From: Mobula hypostoma
Lineage: Eukaryota
NCBI RefSeq assembly: GCF_963921235.1
Contig: NC_086108.1
Span: 86,182,001 to 86,246,000, forward strand
Length of the DNA: 64,000 nucleotides
Direction: 5' to 3'
Of the stretch, positions 38,380 to 51,456 are shown piece after piece. Position 1 is the stretch's first letter. Each line of letters opens with the position of its first letter. Made by a program: the position numbers and the translations under genes. Below the pieces are notes generated by a model. The model ran no database searches. It was not told where the DNA came from and worked only from the letters and a program-made list of their open reading frames with translations.

Positions 38380-39150
38380 GACCATAAGACCATATGAACA
38401 GAATTATGATATTTGGCTCAAAGAGTCTGCTCTGCCATTCAATCATGGCTGATTTATTCTCTGACCCATTCTCCAGCCTTCTCCCCACATCCATTGAGGC
38501 CTATATTACTCAACGCATCAACCTCTGCTTTAAATATATCCAATGACTTGGCCTCTACAGCCATCTGTGGCAATGATTTGCACAGATTCACTATGCACTG
38601 GTTAAAGAAATTCCTTCTCCTCTCTGTTCTGAAGGGACGTCCTTCTATTCCCACTACTGGAAACATCTTCTCCATTTCCAATCTGTCTAAGCTTTTCAAT
38701 ATTCAGTTGGTTTCAATGAAATCACACCTCAGTGTTTTAAACTGCAGTGAGTACAGGCCCAGAGCCATAAAATGCTCATCATACACTTTCATACCCAGGA
38801 TCATTCTTGTAAACCTCCTCTGGATCCTTTCCAATGCTAGTACATCATTTCTTAGATTTGGGGGCCAAAAACTGCTCACAGTACTCTATATATAGTGTGA
38901 TCAATTCCTTATAAAGGCTCAACATTGTATATTTGCTCAACACCCATTCAACGTGCACTCTGTCAATCACTTTCAGATTCTGAAATCTTTCAATAAGATC
39001 ATCTCTCATTCTTCTATTTTCCAGTGTGTATAAACCCAAATTGCTAATGTGTCAACACCTTCACTTAATCTTCTGTAAACTGCCTTCAGTGCAAGCAAAT
39101 CCTTTCTTAAATACAGAGACTAAAATTGTATGCAGTCTGACTAATGCCTC
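38380..39150 (-). mobile_element. CR1 3' fragments
   Basis: ORFs 38454-38699 and 38845-39039 are CR1 C-terminal pieces. Confidence 0.75.
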
Positions 39151-39204
39151 ATTAAAATTTGCATCTGAATTTCCCTACTATTGTACACCACAGTTATTGC
39201 CCAT

Positions 39205-39546
39205 TTGTGGATAGTCAGAGGCTTTTTCCCAGGGCTGAAATGACTAACACGAGAGGGCACAGTTTTAAGGTAGGTACCAGTTTTAAGGAAGTAGGTACTG
39301 AGGAGATGTCAGGGTTAAGTTTTTTATGCAGAAAGTGGTGAGGACACAGAATGGGCTGCAGGTGACAGTGGTGGAGGCGGATACGATAGGGTCTTTTAAG
39401 AGACTCCTGGACAGGTACATGGAGCTTAGAAAAATAGAGGGCTATGTGTAACCCTAGGTCATTTCTGAAGTAAGTACATGTTCAGCACAGCATTGTGGGC
39501 CAAAGGGCCTGTATTGTGCTGTAGGTTTTCTATGTTTCTATGTTTC
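39205..39546 (+). mobile_element. CR1 3' end, same family as 1412-5583
   Basis: Reverse-complement match to ~1420-1745 with a TTTCTATG tail. Confidence 0.85.
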
Positions 39547-40154
39547 TTTCCAACTGTTTGTCCACAGACGATGCATCTCTAACCTTTTCAGGCTTTTCAT
39601 ACCTTCCTCATAACTTGCTAGCTTTCTCTCTCATCAGCAAATCCAACTACAGTACATCTAGTTCCTTCTTTCAACTCATCAATATAAATTGGCAATAGTT
39701 GAGGTCATATGTCTGATCATTATTTCACACCATCGATTACTGATTATCAATCTGCAGTTGATCTATTTATCATGTCCCTATTTATTTATTCATTTTCCTC
39801 TCAGTCAGGCATGGAATCTTCATCCTTCTCTAAAGCCTGTCTTCCTCACTGGAATCAACCTTTCCTGAGATTTGTTTTTTTCCACTACCATCCTACCACC
39901 TTATACTTTAATCTATTTCCTCAGCCTGCTTTACCCCACTCTGTTCTCATTCTCTTGTAAATTAACTTAAAACACAAGAAAATAGGAAAAGAGTTGACCA
40001 CGTGGCCTTTCTAACCTGCTCTACCATAATATGATCATGGCTGAATCTTCCCATACCCTATGCCATATTTCTTCTGTGCAAGTTCCCCATAGCCTTTAAT
40101 TCACTTTTCCAGTCTATATTTTCTGAAAAAGTATTTACTCTCTCTTTACAAAGA

Positions 40155-42613
40155 TAGGTGGAGGGAAGGCAGTTTTGAGGAATTAGAGAGGCTACAGAGG
40201 AACTTAGACAGACTAGGAGAATGGGCAAAGAGTGGCAGATAGAATACAGTACTGAAAGTGTGTGGTTGTGCACTTTGGTAGTAGGAATGAAAGGATTGAC
40301 TGTCTTCTAAATAGAGAGAAAATACAAAAATCTGAGGTGTAAAAGGATTTGGGAGTCCCTGAGCAGAATTCCTAAAGGTTAATTTGCAGGTTGAGTCTGT
40401 GGTGATGAAGGTAGATGCAATGCTCACATTCATTTCAGGAGGACTAGAATATAAAAGCAAGGACATAATGTTGATACTTTATAAAGCACTGGTGAGGCCT
40501 CACTTGGAGTACAGGTGTCCCCCACTTTTCGAATGTTCGCTTTACGAAACCTCACTGTTACGAAAGACCTACATTAGTACCCTGTTTTCGCTTTCAGAAG
40601 GTGTTTTCACTGTTATGAAGAAAGATAGCGCGCGATAAAAGGCAGCGCGTGCCCCGAGCAGCCGCTCTGCCCTGGATTCGGAACAGCATTGCTTAAGCAC
40701 GTTGCATTGAGCAGCCGTTAGCAAAATGAGTTCTAAGGTGTCGGAAAAGCCTGAAACAGTAAGGGTGTTACACTTAGCGTAAAACTAGACATATTTAAGC
40801 ATTTTGATCGTGGTGAACGAAGTAAGGACAAAGTGAGTTTGGCTTGTGGAAGCTGACGAAGATGATGTTGAAGAAGTTTTGGCATTCCATGACCAAGAAC
40901 TGAAAGATGAAGAGCTGATGCAATTGGAAGAGGAAAAGATAACAATTGAAACCGAATGCAGTGGAAAACTGAACGTGAAGCAACTGTGTGAGATTTTCAC
41001 TGCAATGATAAAGTATGACGTTAATTTTGAAAGGGTACGCAGGTTTACGGGATATTTGCAGGATGGTTTGAGTGCTTAAAAACAACTGTATGATAGGAAA
41101 ATGCGTGAGGGTCAGCAGTCAAGCAAGCCTTCCACATCAGCCACAGCAGACGACGAACCTCGACCTTCGACATTGAGGCGGGCAGTCATAGGAGAAGATG
41201 AGCTGCCTGCCCTGATCGACGATGAGATGATACCCTCGTGTCCCACCACCCCAACCCCCGGGCCCCAGACAGGTACTGTACTGATTCGCGGAAAATGCAG
41301 CAGTAACCGGGAGGCACACAGCACATCTTTAAGAAAGAAGCCAAAATAAACATGCTAATTAATTAGGTGCCGCCTAGCACGTAATTGTCGGCCCAGATCA
41401 AAGACGATGCAATTGGCAATCGCCTCTGATCTGCGCTGACATCTATGTGCCGGGCAGCACTTAATTAATTAGCATGTTTATTTCGGCTTTTTTCTTAAAG
41501 ATGTGCTGTGTGCCTCCCGGCTACCGCTGCATCCTTCGCGGCAATGTATTGGGTTGGCGGCCCAGAGGGTGGGGGCCACTGCACCACCCAACCTGCGGCG
41601 ACTCAGTCTAACACACCATCAGTGTGCTCGCCGCTGTTTTCCCAATTCCGGTAAGTGATACTACACTGTATATACATTATTTCTACCTTATAGGCTGTGT
41701 ATTTTTACGTGTTATTTGGTAGATTTGGCAGCTTCATAGTTTAAAGGTTACTGGAGAGCGCGTTTATGCCAACAGCGCATGCGTGAGGTTTTCTGCCGAG
41801 AGTGCTTGCGTGAGATTTTTGCTACGGAGATCTGTGCAGGCAATCGTTGTAGAGAAGTATTTCTACTTTATATAGGCTGCGTATTTATCATATCATTCCT
41901 GCTTTTACTATATGTTACTGTTATTTTAGGTTTTATGTGTTATTTGGCATGATTTGGTAGGTTATTTTTGGGTCTGCGAACGCTCACAAAATTTTCCCAT
42001 ATAAATAAATGGTAATTGCTTCTTCGCTTTACGCCATTTCAGCTTACGAACCATTTCATAGGAATGCTCTACCTTCGGATGGCGGGGGAGCCTGTATTGT
42101 GAGCAGTGTTGGGCCCCTCATCTTGGAAAGGATGTGCTGAAACTGGAGAGGGTTCAAAGGAGATTCACATAAATGATTCCAAGATTGAATGGCTTGTCAT
42201 GTGAAAAGTATTTGATGGCTCTGGGCCTGTATTCACTGGAATTCAGAAGAATGAGGGTGACCTAACTAAAACCTATCGAATGGTGGAAGGCCTTGATAGA
42301 GTGGTTGTGGAGAGGATGTTTCCTATGATGAAAGTCTCTAGGATCAGAGTACACAGCCTCAGAATAGAGAGGTGTCCTTTTAGAATGGAGAGGAGAAAGA
42401 TTTTTTTAGCCAGAGAGTGGTGAGTCTGTGGAATTCATTGTCACAGGCAGCTGTGGGGCCATGTCTTTATGTATATTTGTAACTCTCACAGAAAGGGTAC
42501 GGGGAGAAGGCGGGAGGTTGGGGCTGAGAGGAAAGGTGTATCAGCCAGGATGAAATGGCGGAGCAGACTCAATGGGCCAAATATCCTAATTCTGCTCCCA
42601 TATCTTATGGTCT
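40155..42613 (+). mobile_element. CR1 3' portion interrupted by a Tigger element
   Basis: VRPHLE-Y|CEQ is split exactly at the TA of the Tyr codon by 40512-42094. Confidence 0.85.
40512..42094 (+). mobile_element. Tigger/pogo DNA transposon, internally deleted
   Basis: TA TSD and TIRs CAGGTGTCCCCC ... GGGGGAGCCTG. A CENP-B-like HTH start (KGVTLSVKLDI.KHFDRGERSKD) is joined to an acidic C-terminus (EDDVEEVL..HDQEL.DEELMQLEEE). No DDE domain is seen. Confidence 0.85.
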
Positions 42614-43086
42614 TTAAATATCCCCAATTATAGTGCCTCCATAATTCACTGCAGTAGAGATTTCCAGCAATTTTTCCAGTCTCCAGAGGAAGTGGTGCCT
42701 ACACACCTTAGTTTTAAATGACTGCTGTCAATCTTGTAACTATGTCCCTTCATTTGAAATTCTCCCACCAGTGGAACCATGTCAACATCTATCATATTAT
42801 ATTACCTAAGGATTTTATATGCTTCAATGATATTAGCCCTCATTCTTCTAAATTCTAGAATATGAATTTAATTTCTATAACTGTTCATCATAAAACAATC
42901 CTTTCTACAAAGAAATTAACTCGTGTAACTCTTTTGAATGGCTTGCAATGCCAGTAAATCCTCTCTTAACTAAGAGGATGAAAATAGATCACAGTACTCA
43001 AGGTGTGACATTATCTACTACCTGTACAATTGTTACTGTGTGTTCTTATTTATAAACTAACAACTTTAAGGTGAATAATCTTAAAG

Positions 43087-43167
43087 CAGGGGTTCCCAAT
43101 CTTTTTTAATGTCATGGACCCCTACCATTAATTGAGGGGTCTGTGAACCCCAGGTTGGGAGCCCCTG
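43087..43167. mobile_element. hAT MITE, same family as 21624-21703
   Basis: CAGGGGTTCCCAA ... TTGGGAGCCCCTG termini. Confidence 0.8.
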
Positions 43168-46100
43168 ATACAGGGTGAGAGCTTGCGGCAGTCGATGCGC
43201 AAGAGAAAATCTCTGGTGGACAGCCAGGCACAGTCCCCAGGCTGGAGTAGTCTGGCTGGGTGCCGATTGCAGTTAGCCTGGTGGTAGTAGGTGCAGTTGG
43301 CAGCTAGTGTGGTCCTCCATGCCCTCTTCCAAGCACTTTGTCATCGGTGAAGCAGGGACATAGCAGATTGGAACTCAACTATTGGCTACTCCACTGGGAG
43401 TACTGATGGTTAGTAGCCATGAAGAACATCAAAGCATGCCATACTTGTGGCACGGGGGAGGGGTGTAGATTGTGGGACAGTTCAGCCGAGAGCAACTATT
43501 TCTTCCACGTGGATGGGTTAGAGGGGGCAAAGCATCACAGAAACTTCTCCACGTGCTGGTTGGCTCTTTCTGACTGACAGCTGGACTGCCGATGATAGCC
43601 AGAGGACAAATTCACTGAGGTGCAGAGAAGGGAACAGAAGGCTCGCCAGATGCGGGAGATGAATTGTGGGCCCTGCATTGACTCAGTGTCCTGAGGGAAA
43701 CTGTGAGGGTGAGCTACGTGTTGAAGAACCAGGTTCGCCGTCTCAGTGGTCGACAGAACTTTGGGGAGGACAATGAAGTGGGCCTCCTTGGAGAACTGGT
43801 CCACCACTGTCATGATCAGTGGAAGGTGGCAAACCTGTGACGAAATCCATGGCGATGTGGAAGGATGGTTGTCGAGGGACTGATTGGAGCAGCAGTCGCC
43901 CAGAGGGCCACTGGTTGGATTAATTAGACTGGGCACATTGAGAAGCACTGTGCTGGCACACAGTACATCTGCGATCACCAGAACTGGCATTGCAGAAAAT
44001 CCAGGGTCTGTCGTATGCTTGGATGGCCAGAGAGGAGTGAGGATTGAGGAGTAAGCCTACTGGAGTGTCTCAGAGTGCATGGCCACCGGCACTTACATGT
44101 GGTCGACTAGAGCAGGCTCATTTGTAGGGCCTAGCGGATTTGGTTCTCAAGATCTCACATGATCAGGACATGGATCTGTGAGGTTGGAATGGTGGGCTGA
44201 GGTTTGATCTCCATTTCAGCTGCGTCGAACTGTTTTGTCAGTGCATCTCCCTTAGTGTGCTTGGAGTTGGGTCAGTAGGGGATGGCTGTTTTGTTTTGTA
44301 ACTCCTAAACATAAAACTAATTGAAAGAAAAGCAGGGAGCTGGGGGTAACGTGTATGTTTAGTTTTTATTTTTAGTGAGGCTTGCAGATATGGCATGATG
44401 GTGTAATGATGTATGCCATTCACATACTTTTACATAAAACCCATAATAAATTACGTAAACATCAAAGAATGCTTAATCAAATAATATTACTCAAATATTA
44501 CTGAAATATTAAATACACAATACTCCTCCTTGCTTACATATAAACTCCAGCTCAGTATAGAATGCATCTCACCTCAATTATGTAATGTATTGTTCTCTTG
44601 TCATGTTGTAGATATAACATATATTAAATACAACTTCTATATGTATAAGCATCCACAGCATAGTAACATTTAAATTGTCCCATTCAGTTGTCAAGTTTTA
44701 ATCACTCAGGAGGCTTTCTTACTCTTTGGGATAACATCTTTCCTACTTGGCAGGTGAGAGTTGTGTCGTTGAAACCATCTCAGGTTCTGGGGCCTCCTCC
44801 TGGGTTTTCTGCGATGTCAGTTCTGGTGTTGTAAGAGTTGACTCTGGCAATGCAGAAAGAGACTCTAACAGCTCTGGACAACATTCTTCTCTAATGATTG
44901 ACTCTGTTCTCCTCAACTGATTGATGTGTCGTCTCCAGATGACCTCGGGTGTAATCTCCACTGTGTTGGAGAGTGGTCCAGTTCTGTCTTTAATCTTTCC
45001 AGGCATCCATTTTGATCATCTCTGTAGTTCCCTCACGAGGACTGCTGGTCCAGGAGTGAAACATCGAATCTGCTTGTTTGAGAAGCCCTCAACTTATCTC
45101 AGCTGTTTGTCCTGAATACTCTTTCTGAGATTGGGTCTGAGCAGAGCACAAAGGATAACCATGAGCACAAGGGACAACCCAGGAACAGCATAGCTGGTGA
45201 GTCGTTGGTTGTAGAATGTGTTGCATGATGATATGCAAGGAAGAAATTGGCGAGCTTTTGATTCAGTGATGGTGATGTGTGTTCTGCTGATGTTGCTTGC
45301 AGTGTGTTGTTTAGACTTTGAACAAACCTTTCCATTGAGCCATTTGTAGCTGGGTGGTATGGTGTCAATATAATAAGTCTTAATCCGTTCATTTTCAGGA
45401 ACGACTGAAATTGTTGCACAACAAACTGTGGCCCATTGTCACTGACTAAGTATTCTGGAACACCAGTCCTTGAAAAGAGGCTTCTCAACATGACAACAGT
45501 TGAAAAGCTGCAGTGGAGGCTATTGAGAACACTTCTGGTCACCCTGTAGCTGCATCCATTATTACCAAGAAGTTTGTGCCCATCAATGGTCCAGCAAAAT
45601 CCACATGAATCCTCTGATACGGCAATGCAAGCCATTCCCAGGGATGACAAGACCCCTTTGCATCTCCTGGATGTGTTGGCATCACAGACAATGCGTAGTG
45701 AGCTGCTTGATCTGCTGGCTGATTTATCCCAGGCCACCAGACAAAGCTTTGAGCCAATTTTTTTCATCTTGAGCACACCTAGATGACTGGCATGTAGTTC
45801 CTCCAACACTTTAGCTCAACATCTCTCAATCCCCATAGAAGACAAACTTTGTTCAAGGGCAAATTCACCTTGGCACTGATAAAGATGGGGGAACTGGAGT
45901 TTTTGCTCCATGTTCCAGTAATTTTTGGGTGGCCGTGTAGACCTGAGACAGTGTGGGGTCTTTTCTGGTTTCCCTTTGGATCATCTCTGCTGTAATAAGA
46001 AGACTTTCAATTTGCATTGGGGAGAATACATTAAGAAGAGTGTCCTCTTTTGAAAATGTCTCATGTATTTCCTTTTCCAACAGTAAATGGGACAATCCAT

Positions 46101-47109
46101 TAGCATTTCCATGATTACTTATCCTCTTGAATTTGATCTTGTAATTGTGTCATCCAGGAAACAGAGTCCAGCTCCGCACTTGAGCTACTGCTGTTAGTGG
46201 AACACCTTTTTGTGGATTGAAAATGAACACGAGTGGTTGATGGTCAGTAATGAAGGTAAACTCTCCTATACAAATACTGGTTGAAATTTTTCACACCCCA
46301 AACCAGACTCAGAGCCTTCTTGTCAATGTGTGCAGAATTTTTCTCTGCAGCAGTAAGGGAATGTGATGCAAAGGCTATGAGACATTCACTTCCATCGCTC
46401 ATAACATGTGACATGACTGCTCCTATACCAGAAGGTGAGGCATCATTGGCAAGCTTCACCAGATGCTGTGGATCATAGTGTGTAAGTATAATGTCTGACG
46501 TCACCATTTCTGTTACGCTTTCGAAAGCCACCTCACACTGCTCTGTTCAGTGGCATTTCTTCCTGATCTGAGGTAAAGAGTTCAAGTGGTGGAGCACAGT
46601 TTCAGGTTTGGCAGGAATCTGTTATAGTAATTGACAAATCCTAAAAATAACTGCAACTTTGAAATGTCCTTTGGCCTTAGGGTATCCACCACTGCTTGAA
46701 TTTTCTCAGCACACTTGTGTAATCCTTGTGCATCAACAGTATGACCACAATAAGTGATGCTTAGTGTAAATAATTCACATTTGTTGCACTGCGCTCTAAC
46801 CTATAACCTTCTTCTCTTTTTAACACCATATTGAGATTTTCGAGAGGTTCCTTGTCATCCTTACTGGTAACACTGAGTGCCTGGGCAGCCTTGCATCACC
46901 TGGTCCATAGCTTTCTGCTAGAGTGCAGGTACAGATGCTACTCCAAAAAATAAGCCTATTATAGCAATAAAGCTCATTGTGAGCGTTTATGGTGAGAAAC
47001 ACTTCGGATTCTCCTTCCACCTCCGTCTGTAGGTAGCCTTCAGCTGTTATTTTGCTGAAGGATTTCCCTCCAGAAAGGTTTGCAAAGGTATCCTCTGTCC
47101 TGGGCAGAG

Positions 47110-47688
47110 TGTGAGGCCCTCCATGAGTCAGGGTTGACCATGGATGTTGTGTAACAGCTGTCTATGTGTTATGCAGCCCAGGGCAGTACCATATGGAGAG
47201 AAAGATGTTGCCCATGCAGCAGGCTTCCCCTCTATATGCAGCTGATGAATCCAAAGAAACTGTAGAGACTGATACAGTTTGGCACCAACAGCGTCGCAGG
47301 AGATGCCAGTCAGTGTTGAACTCAATGGAGGACTGCCTCAGTGACTCCAGCTCCAGATTTTTCCTCGGGTTTACTTCTGAGGCCTTCCTCATGAGTGGGT
47401 ATAGCCACAAGGCAGCAGAGGTTTCAGCTCAGAGTTTTCCTTCTCCTAGATGAACTGCAAACAATGGCTGATGAGCCCCAACTGCCTGAAGTGATTTGTT
47501 TTACGACACCAGTAACCCACTATTGCCCCTTCTCTGTAAGTTGAAATGTTTCTGTCAGGCTTAGTAGCCAAACGATACATGAAGGCCAGGAGCTGAACTT
47601 GGTTGTCAGAGGCTATTTGAAACACATGCCTTTTGGGAGCATTTAATTGGTAGTGGAAGCTTATCCCCCAGCTATATCTTAAGGAACC
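47110..47688 (-). mobile_element. Second bipartite non-autonomous RTE-type element (different family)
   Basis: 8-bp TSD GGGCAGAG at 47102-47109 and 47689-47696. It shares a GAAGGC..AGTAAACCC......AAATC...GGA...CT.AGGC.GT motif with the RTE 5'UTR, and its 3' end CATCCATGGTC..GAC..ATGGAG resembles the RTE 3' end. Confidence 0.75.
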
Positions 47689-47842
47689 GGGCAGAGGGTA
47701 TTGATCTACTTTCAGTACTGGGTTGCTAATAATAATAATGGCTCCATCTGTCTAAGTAGACAATGGATGCGCCCAGTTTAGGACTCAATTGGATGTGGAA
47801 CAGCGTCGGCTGTGGCTGAATAAGACGATTCTTGAGCAGCAG

Positions 47843-50800
47843 TCAGTCCTTGGCACAGCTGCAGCACACGAAGGCTGATGGCTGCGGCTGGGTAGTCACT
47901 GCCTCAGCTTTCCTTCTCTCTCTTCTATCCGACCACAGTCGAGTTCGTTTTTCCTCTGCATTGGTAATGCCTGTACTTACAGCCTGTCGCCAGGTGCAGC
48001 GATTTGCAGCTGTCTCTTCCCAAGTGTCCTCCCTGATATCAGCAGACTTCAGGTCACGTTTACAAACGTCCCTGTAGCACAGCAGTGGGCACCCTATGGG
48101 CCGGGATCCTGCGGCAAGTTCTCCGTATAGGATGTCCTCAGGGATACGGCGGACGTGGCCAAGCCAGCGCAGTCGTTGCTGTGTGAGAAGGTCACACATG
48201 CTTGGCATGCCGGCCTGGTCCAGGACGTCATTGTTTGGCACGCGGTATTTCCAGGAAATGCCCAGGATCGGACGCAAGCATCGTAGGTGGAAGCTGTTGA
48301 GACGGTGCTCTTGGCGCGCATAGGTTGTTCAACTCTCGCTGCTGTAGAGAAGAGTACTCAGTACGCTGGCTCTGTACACTGCAGTCTTGGTGGCTGTGGT
48401 GAGCTTCTTGTTTCTCCACACTCTCTTTGACAGCTTGGCCATAGCAGCGGCTTTCCCTATTCGCCTGTTGAGCTCTGGATCAAGGGACAGGTTGCTGGAG
48501 ACTGTCGATTTTAGGTAGGTGAATTCATCGACCGCTTGCAGGGTGTGGTTGCCGATGCTGATGGTGGGGGCTTCGCTGACGTCCTGGCCCATGATCTCTG
48601 TCTTCTTCGGACTGATGGTGAGGCCATACTCTTGGCAAGCATGTGCCAGGGAACTGACTAGCCTCTGGAGACCAGACTGTGTGTGTGACGTCAGGGCGGC
48701 ATCATCAGTAAAGAGTATCTTCCAAATCAGGACCTGACGCACTTTGTTCTTTGCTCTGAGGTGTGCAAGGTTGAAGAGCTTGCCGTTGGACCTAGTGTGT
48801 AGGTACACTCCGACATCAGATGTCCTGAAAGCGTACAACAGTACGAGGGAGAAGAAGATCCCGAAGAGCATCGGGGCAAGGATACAACCGTGCTTCACTC
48901 TGCTTTGGATGGGGAAGGGCTCTGAGGATGATCCATCGAATTGTACTGTCCCCTGCATGCCGTCATGGAAAGAGGCAATGAGATTTAGCAGCTTTGAAGG
49001 GCATCCGATCTTCTTCCAGAATGCAAAGAGGCCTCTCCTGCTACGCAGGTCAAAAGCCTTGGTTAGATCGATAAGGGCATCGTACAAAGGCTGTCTCTGT
49101 TCACGGCTCTTCTCCTGTAGCTGCCTGACTGAGAAGGTCATGTCGATGGTGTATCTCTCTGCTCTGAAGCCACACTGGGACTCAGGGTAGATACGTTCTG
49201 CCAGTGTCTGCAGTCGCTTCAGAACCACTTGGACAAACACCTTGCCAATGGTGTCGAGCAGGAATATGCCTCTGTAATTGTTACAGTCGTTGCAGTCTCC
49301 CTTATTCTTGAACAATGTGATGATGTTTGCGTCTCGTACGTCTTGAGGAACTGATTCCTCCTCCCGGCACTGGCAGAGCAGCTCGTGAAGATGGCTTAGG
49401 AGCACTGGTTTCCCGCACTGGATCACTTCTGCAGGGTTTTCGTCTTTGCCTGGTGCCCTGCTGTGAGCAGGCGAGTTGATAGCCTTGTTGAGTTCTTCCT
49501 CTGTTGGGGGTAGGTCCACCTCTTTCATGACTTCTTCAGGAATGCGACACAGAGCGTCATAGGAAGTCATTCCTGCCTGTGGCCATCAAACTTTACAACT
49601 CCTCCCTTGGAGGGTCAGACACCCTGAGCCAATAGGCTGGTCCTGGACTTATTTCCTGGCATAATATACATATTACTATTTAATTATTTATGGTTTTATT
49701 ACTATTTAATTAATTATGGTGCAACTGTAATGAAAACCAATTTCCTTAAGGATCAATAAAGTATGACTATGACTATGACAGGTAAAGCAGGGATACTGGC
49801 AAGGGCTGACTCAGTGACCAAGTTCTCAGTGGAGTACAGGTTCTGCTAGTGCCTGGCCCACCTCTCCACCTGCTTGGCACGGCCTTTGATGACTTCACTG
49901 TCCTTGGACTTGAACGGAGCGATCTTGCTAACGGTGGGCCTGAAGGCTTTCTTCATCCCCTCATACATGCCTTGTACATTGCCACTGTCGGCGCAGGTCT
50001 GGATGTTCTGGCACAGATTCTGCCAGTAGACAACTGCGCAGCGTCTAGCCGTCCTTTGAGTATTGTTTCTTGCCATTCTCAGTGCAGTGAGATTCTTTTC
50101 TGACGAGTCTCTTTTGTAGTTGATCAGAGCTTCTCTCCTGGTATCAATGACAGGTTCCATCTCAGACAGGTGAGATTCAAACCAGTCTTGGTTTTTCCTC
50201 TCCTTCTTCCTGAGGGATGACATGGCGGTGTTGTAGATGGTGCCACAAATGAATTGCCACCTCTCCTCCATGGTTGTGGCTGTATTTGCTTTGAAAGCCT
50301 GTTCCATTTGGTCGTTGGGTTTCGTGTGAAGTTCTGGGTTCGCTGCCTTGGCAGTGTTGATGTGTGGGCATCCTTTCTGCTTGGTGTGGTGGATCTTCTT
50401 TGGTTTCAGTCGGACTTTGCTGCCCACCATGGAATGGTCCATGACGCAGTCTGCACTGTGTAAGCTGCGTGTTAGAAGCACACTGTTGAGGGCAGCTCTT
50501 CTGGTGATGATCATGTCCAGCTGATGCCAGTGTCCGGACCTTGGGTGGCTCTAGGAGACTTTCTGGTGAGGTTTGTCTTGAGGAACGTGTTGGTGATGCA
50601 CAGCTTGCAATAGGAGCAAAACTCCAGCAGTCTCTGGCCGTTGTCGTTCATCTTGCCAAAGCTGAAGTGTTCGAGGCAGTCTGGCCATGAGCTGTGGTCA
50701 GATCTGACTCTAGCATTGAAATCACCAAGCAGAGTGATGTGTGCAGATTCTGGTATTTTGCTGATGGTAGCATCAAGGTCCTCGTAAAACTGATCTTTTG

Positions 50801-51236
50801 TTTCTTGAGGTGAGCCCAGCATTGGAGCGTAGACACTCAGGATGTTCACTTTACCTTTAAAAGGCTGAGGGAAAGGATGCATTCTGCCGGTGGGAGGAAC
50901 TATCATGGATAGCAGGCTGTTCTTGACAGCAAGGCCGACGCCATGTAGTTGGGGCTCCTCAGCTGGTCGGCCCTGCCAAAAAAAGGTATAGTTCCTCTCC
51001 CGCAGCACACCGTCTGCAGCGAGCCTGGTCTCTCGCAGTGCTGCTATGTCGATGTCCAGCACCCTCAGCTCAGAGTCAGTGATCACTGTTTTCCTGCTGT
51101 CGTTGATCTGCTGCGGGTCGTCTGAGAGGCCAGGGCACATGGTCCTAACGTTCCAGGTGGCCAGTCGCAGGACTGGTGGTTTCTTCTTTCTTCTCTGCGG
51201 TTTGCCTGGTGCAGTGATAGCCATCTGCTTTTCCAT
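47843..51236 (-). pseudogene. RTE endonuclease-reverse transcriptase, frameshifted and interrupted
   Basis: LATWNVRTM, VYAP, GDFNARV, NYRGI.LL, PESQCGFR, IDLTKAFD, LFTDD, FTYL and RLRWLGHVRR appear in four ORF pieces. Confidence 0.92.
49561..49779 (+). mobile_element. Rex1/Babar-type 3' end inserted in the RTE ORF
   Basis: AT-rich insert beginning RKSFLPVAIKLYNS and ending AATAAAG(TATGAC)3. Confidence 0.8.
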
Positions 51237-51456
51237 GCAAATCTAAGCTCCAAGCACCCACTGAAGCAGACAGACAGTGGCGAATCAGCACCCAATTGTC
51301 CGGGGGCTGCCTGGATTGAGGTGGGCGATAGCTGATCAGTCAGATGCAGTGACCTCTCCCACCGTCGGAGGCAACCTGTAGTGCCCGTAACCTACGCCAA
51401 TCAGGTTGGACTTATAGCTCGTAACTGCTGCCTCCTGTTTTGGTTTTTCTGCTTTG

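Noticed and set aside
40735..41349. Intact TIGD/CENP-B-like host gene
   Set aside because: It is fragmented, lacks DDE, and is bounded by TIRs and a TA TSD inside a CR1.
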